64,000 bases of DNA from NCBI GenBank assembly GCA_028534125.1, contig CM052832.1:10046001-10110000 (forward strand). Reading direction: 5' to 3'. The translations under genes and the position numbers were made by a program. The notes beneath the pieces were generated by a model, which worked only from the letters and a program-made list of their open reading frames with translations, searched no databases and was not told the DNA's origin. The stretch comes from Lama glama. Its lineage: Eukaryota. Below, piece after piece: positions 62,530 through 64,000 of the stretch. Each line of letters opens with the position of its first letter. Within the stretch, counting starts at the first letter, position 1.

Positions 62530-62963
62530 TTACTGTGTAACAACACCCCAAAACTTAGTGGCTTAAAACAGCCCATGTCCTGTCTCTCCTAGTGTAGGGG
62601 CCAGCTGGGCTCAGCTTGATGGTTCTTCTGCTGGTCTTTCTCGTAGCTGCAGCTCGGAGCCCCAGCCCCCATCATCTGGAGGACAGTTCCAACTGCTGGG
62701 ATGGCCAGGCTTCTTGCTCTCCGTGGACTCCCAGGCTCTCGCCTCTCCACCCAAGGTCTCCAGCTGCACAACCAGACTTCTGATACAGCAGCTTAGAGTT
62801 CTCCTAAGCACAAAAGTGCCAGGCCTTCTTAAGACCAAGGCCCAGAAGTGGAATGGCCTCATTTCTGCTGCATCCAATTGGTTACATTCAAGGGGAAAAG
62901 AAATGAACTCCACTTCTTAGTGGGGGAATGACAAAGAATTCACATTCATCATTAATCCACCAC
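62530..62963. mobile_element. MLT1 LTR between MIR segments
   Basis: ctgtgtaacaacacccaaaacttagtggcttaaaaca...ctgggctcagct...ttctgctgcatccaattgg; MIR sequence on both sides (62410-62530, 62965-63125). Confidence 0.8.
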
Positions 62964-63319
62964 CGACTGTGTGACCTTGAGCAAGAAAATTACTTAACCT
63001 TTCTGATTTCCCATCTGTGTTCTCATCTGTGAAAAATAAATACATGAAATCCATAGAAATCCATGGAAAGTACTTAGAATAGTGCCTGGCACATAGTGAG
63101 TCCTCAGTCTATGTTAGCTGGAGCTATTTTTATTTCTAACCCATATGCCTAGCCCTGTGCTACGTAACTGGTGACGGGGGAGGGTTACAAGAGTCATGGC
63201 AAAAACAGTTTATACTCCTGATAATAAATAATCTAGTTCATGAGATAAAATTAACACACGCAGAGATCAAAGTACTAATTCAAGGCATTGTGTAATTAAG
63301 GAGCCCATGAGAGGTTACA

Positions 63320-64000
63320 GATAACATACTTGAGGAAGCTGGAGGACAAGGAGATTGGACGCGGAGGCTGGGTGGCCAGTGAAGGCTTCAAGGAGGAAGG
63401 GGGCTGCCCGCCGAGAGTGGGTGGTCTCACGGTTCAGCACAGTCTCAGCCCAGCTCTCTATTTTCACGTCTTAGCTCTGCCACTTTCTGGCTGTGCCTCT
63501 GTGACCTCAGTAGGTGCTTAGCCTCTCTTTGCATCGGTTTCCTTCCTGTAACATGTGTCCATCTCCTAGGACTCAGGTGAGGAGTAACTGATTTATTTCC
63601 TATAAAGGGCAGCAGGGTAGCAGCATTGGACACGTGGTAGGTGCTCAGCAGATTGAGTTAATCTCATCATCCCTCAAGAGAGGAGACTTCGGCTAGGTGG
63701 AGAGGAGGAACCAAGGTCTCCGGGTGTATGGAAACAGTGTGTAAAGCAGGACGGTGCACCTGTCATGCTCAGGGATGGAGAGAGGTGGCCTGGCACAGGT
63801 GGAGATGTTTGAGGGGTGGATGGCAAGAGCTAAGGCGGAGAGGAGTGCGGAGCATAGGCTGTGGGAGGCTTCAAGCCCAGCTGGAGTAGTTCAGGCTTCC
63901 AGCTTTCTAACAAGGGAAGGGTGCCATCTGGGCTATGCGTGAGGGAGACCCTGGCAGTGGCGTGCAGGTGGATTAAAGACAGAGGGAGGCTTAGGGGACC
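63320..64000. mobile_element. L2 fragments with an intervening MIR
   Basis: gaaggcttcaaggaggaag; ggaaacagtgtgtaaagc...ggaggctt; MIR-like agctctgccactttctggctgtg. Confidence 0.6.

Noticed and set aside
58812..63068. Short tandem duplications (cacaactaaat x2 at ~58812; gaaatccat x2 at ~63046)
   Set aside because: Ordinary slippage duplications; there is no repeat-spacer array or CRISPR-like structure anywhere in the window.

Overview
Mammalian non-coding genomic DNA, most likely from a camelid (camel/alpaca/llama). That assignment rests on two tRNA-Ala-derived SINEs whose head and 3' tail match the camelid SINE as I remember it; I did not run a database search. I find no credible protein-coding exon or functional RNA gene. 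The ORF track is explained by GC-rich and low-complexity sequence and by old repeats, and many of its ORFs start at GTG/TTG, which is not meaningful here. The window has three CpG islands (~0.2-1.1, ~22.0-22.8 and ~53.6-54.6 kb) and several weaker CpG patches. It also has a dense layer of ancient repeats (MIR, L2, MLT1, LTR33-like, L1M, hAT MITEs). About a dozen repeat-free, AT-rich, motif-dense islands (homeobox, Sox, POU, Fox, TCF, MEIS sites) look like developmental enhancers. Overall it resembles the regulatory desert or large intron of a developmental gene that I cannot identify from sequence alone. Best leads: a forkhead-site cluster at 33.2 kb, a Sox/Oct/TCF island with a hairpin at 25.2-25.7 kb, recurrent dyads in the enhancer-like islands, a possible lncRNA terminal exon at 23.3-23.6 kb, an inverted SINE pair at 39.6-40.3 kb, and local CpG gain inside ancient repeats. 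I cannot support a claim of a novel biological system. Repeat family names are by-eye recognitions with approximate boundaries.
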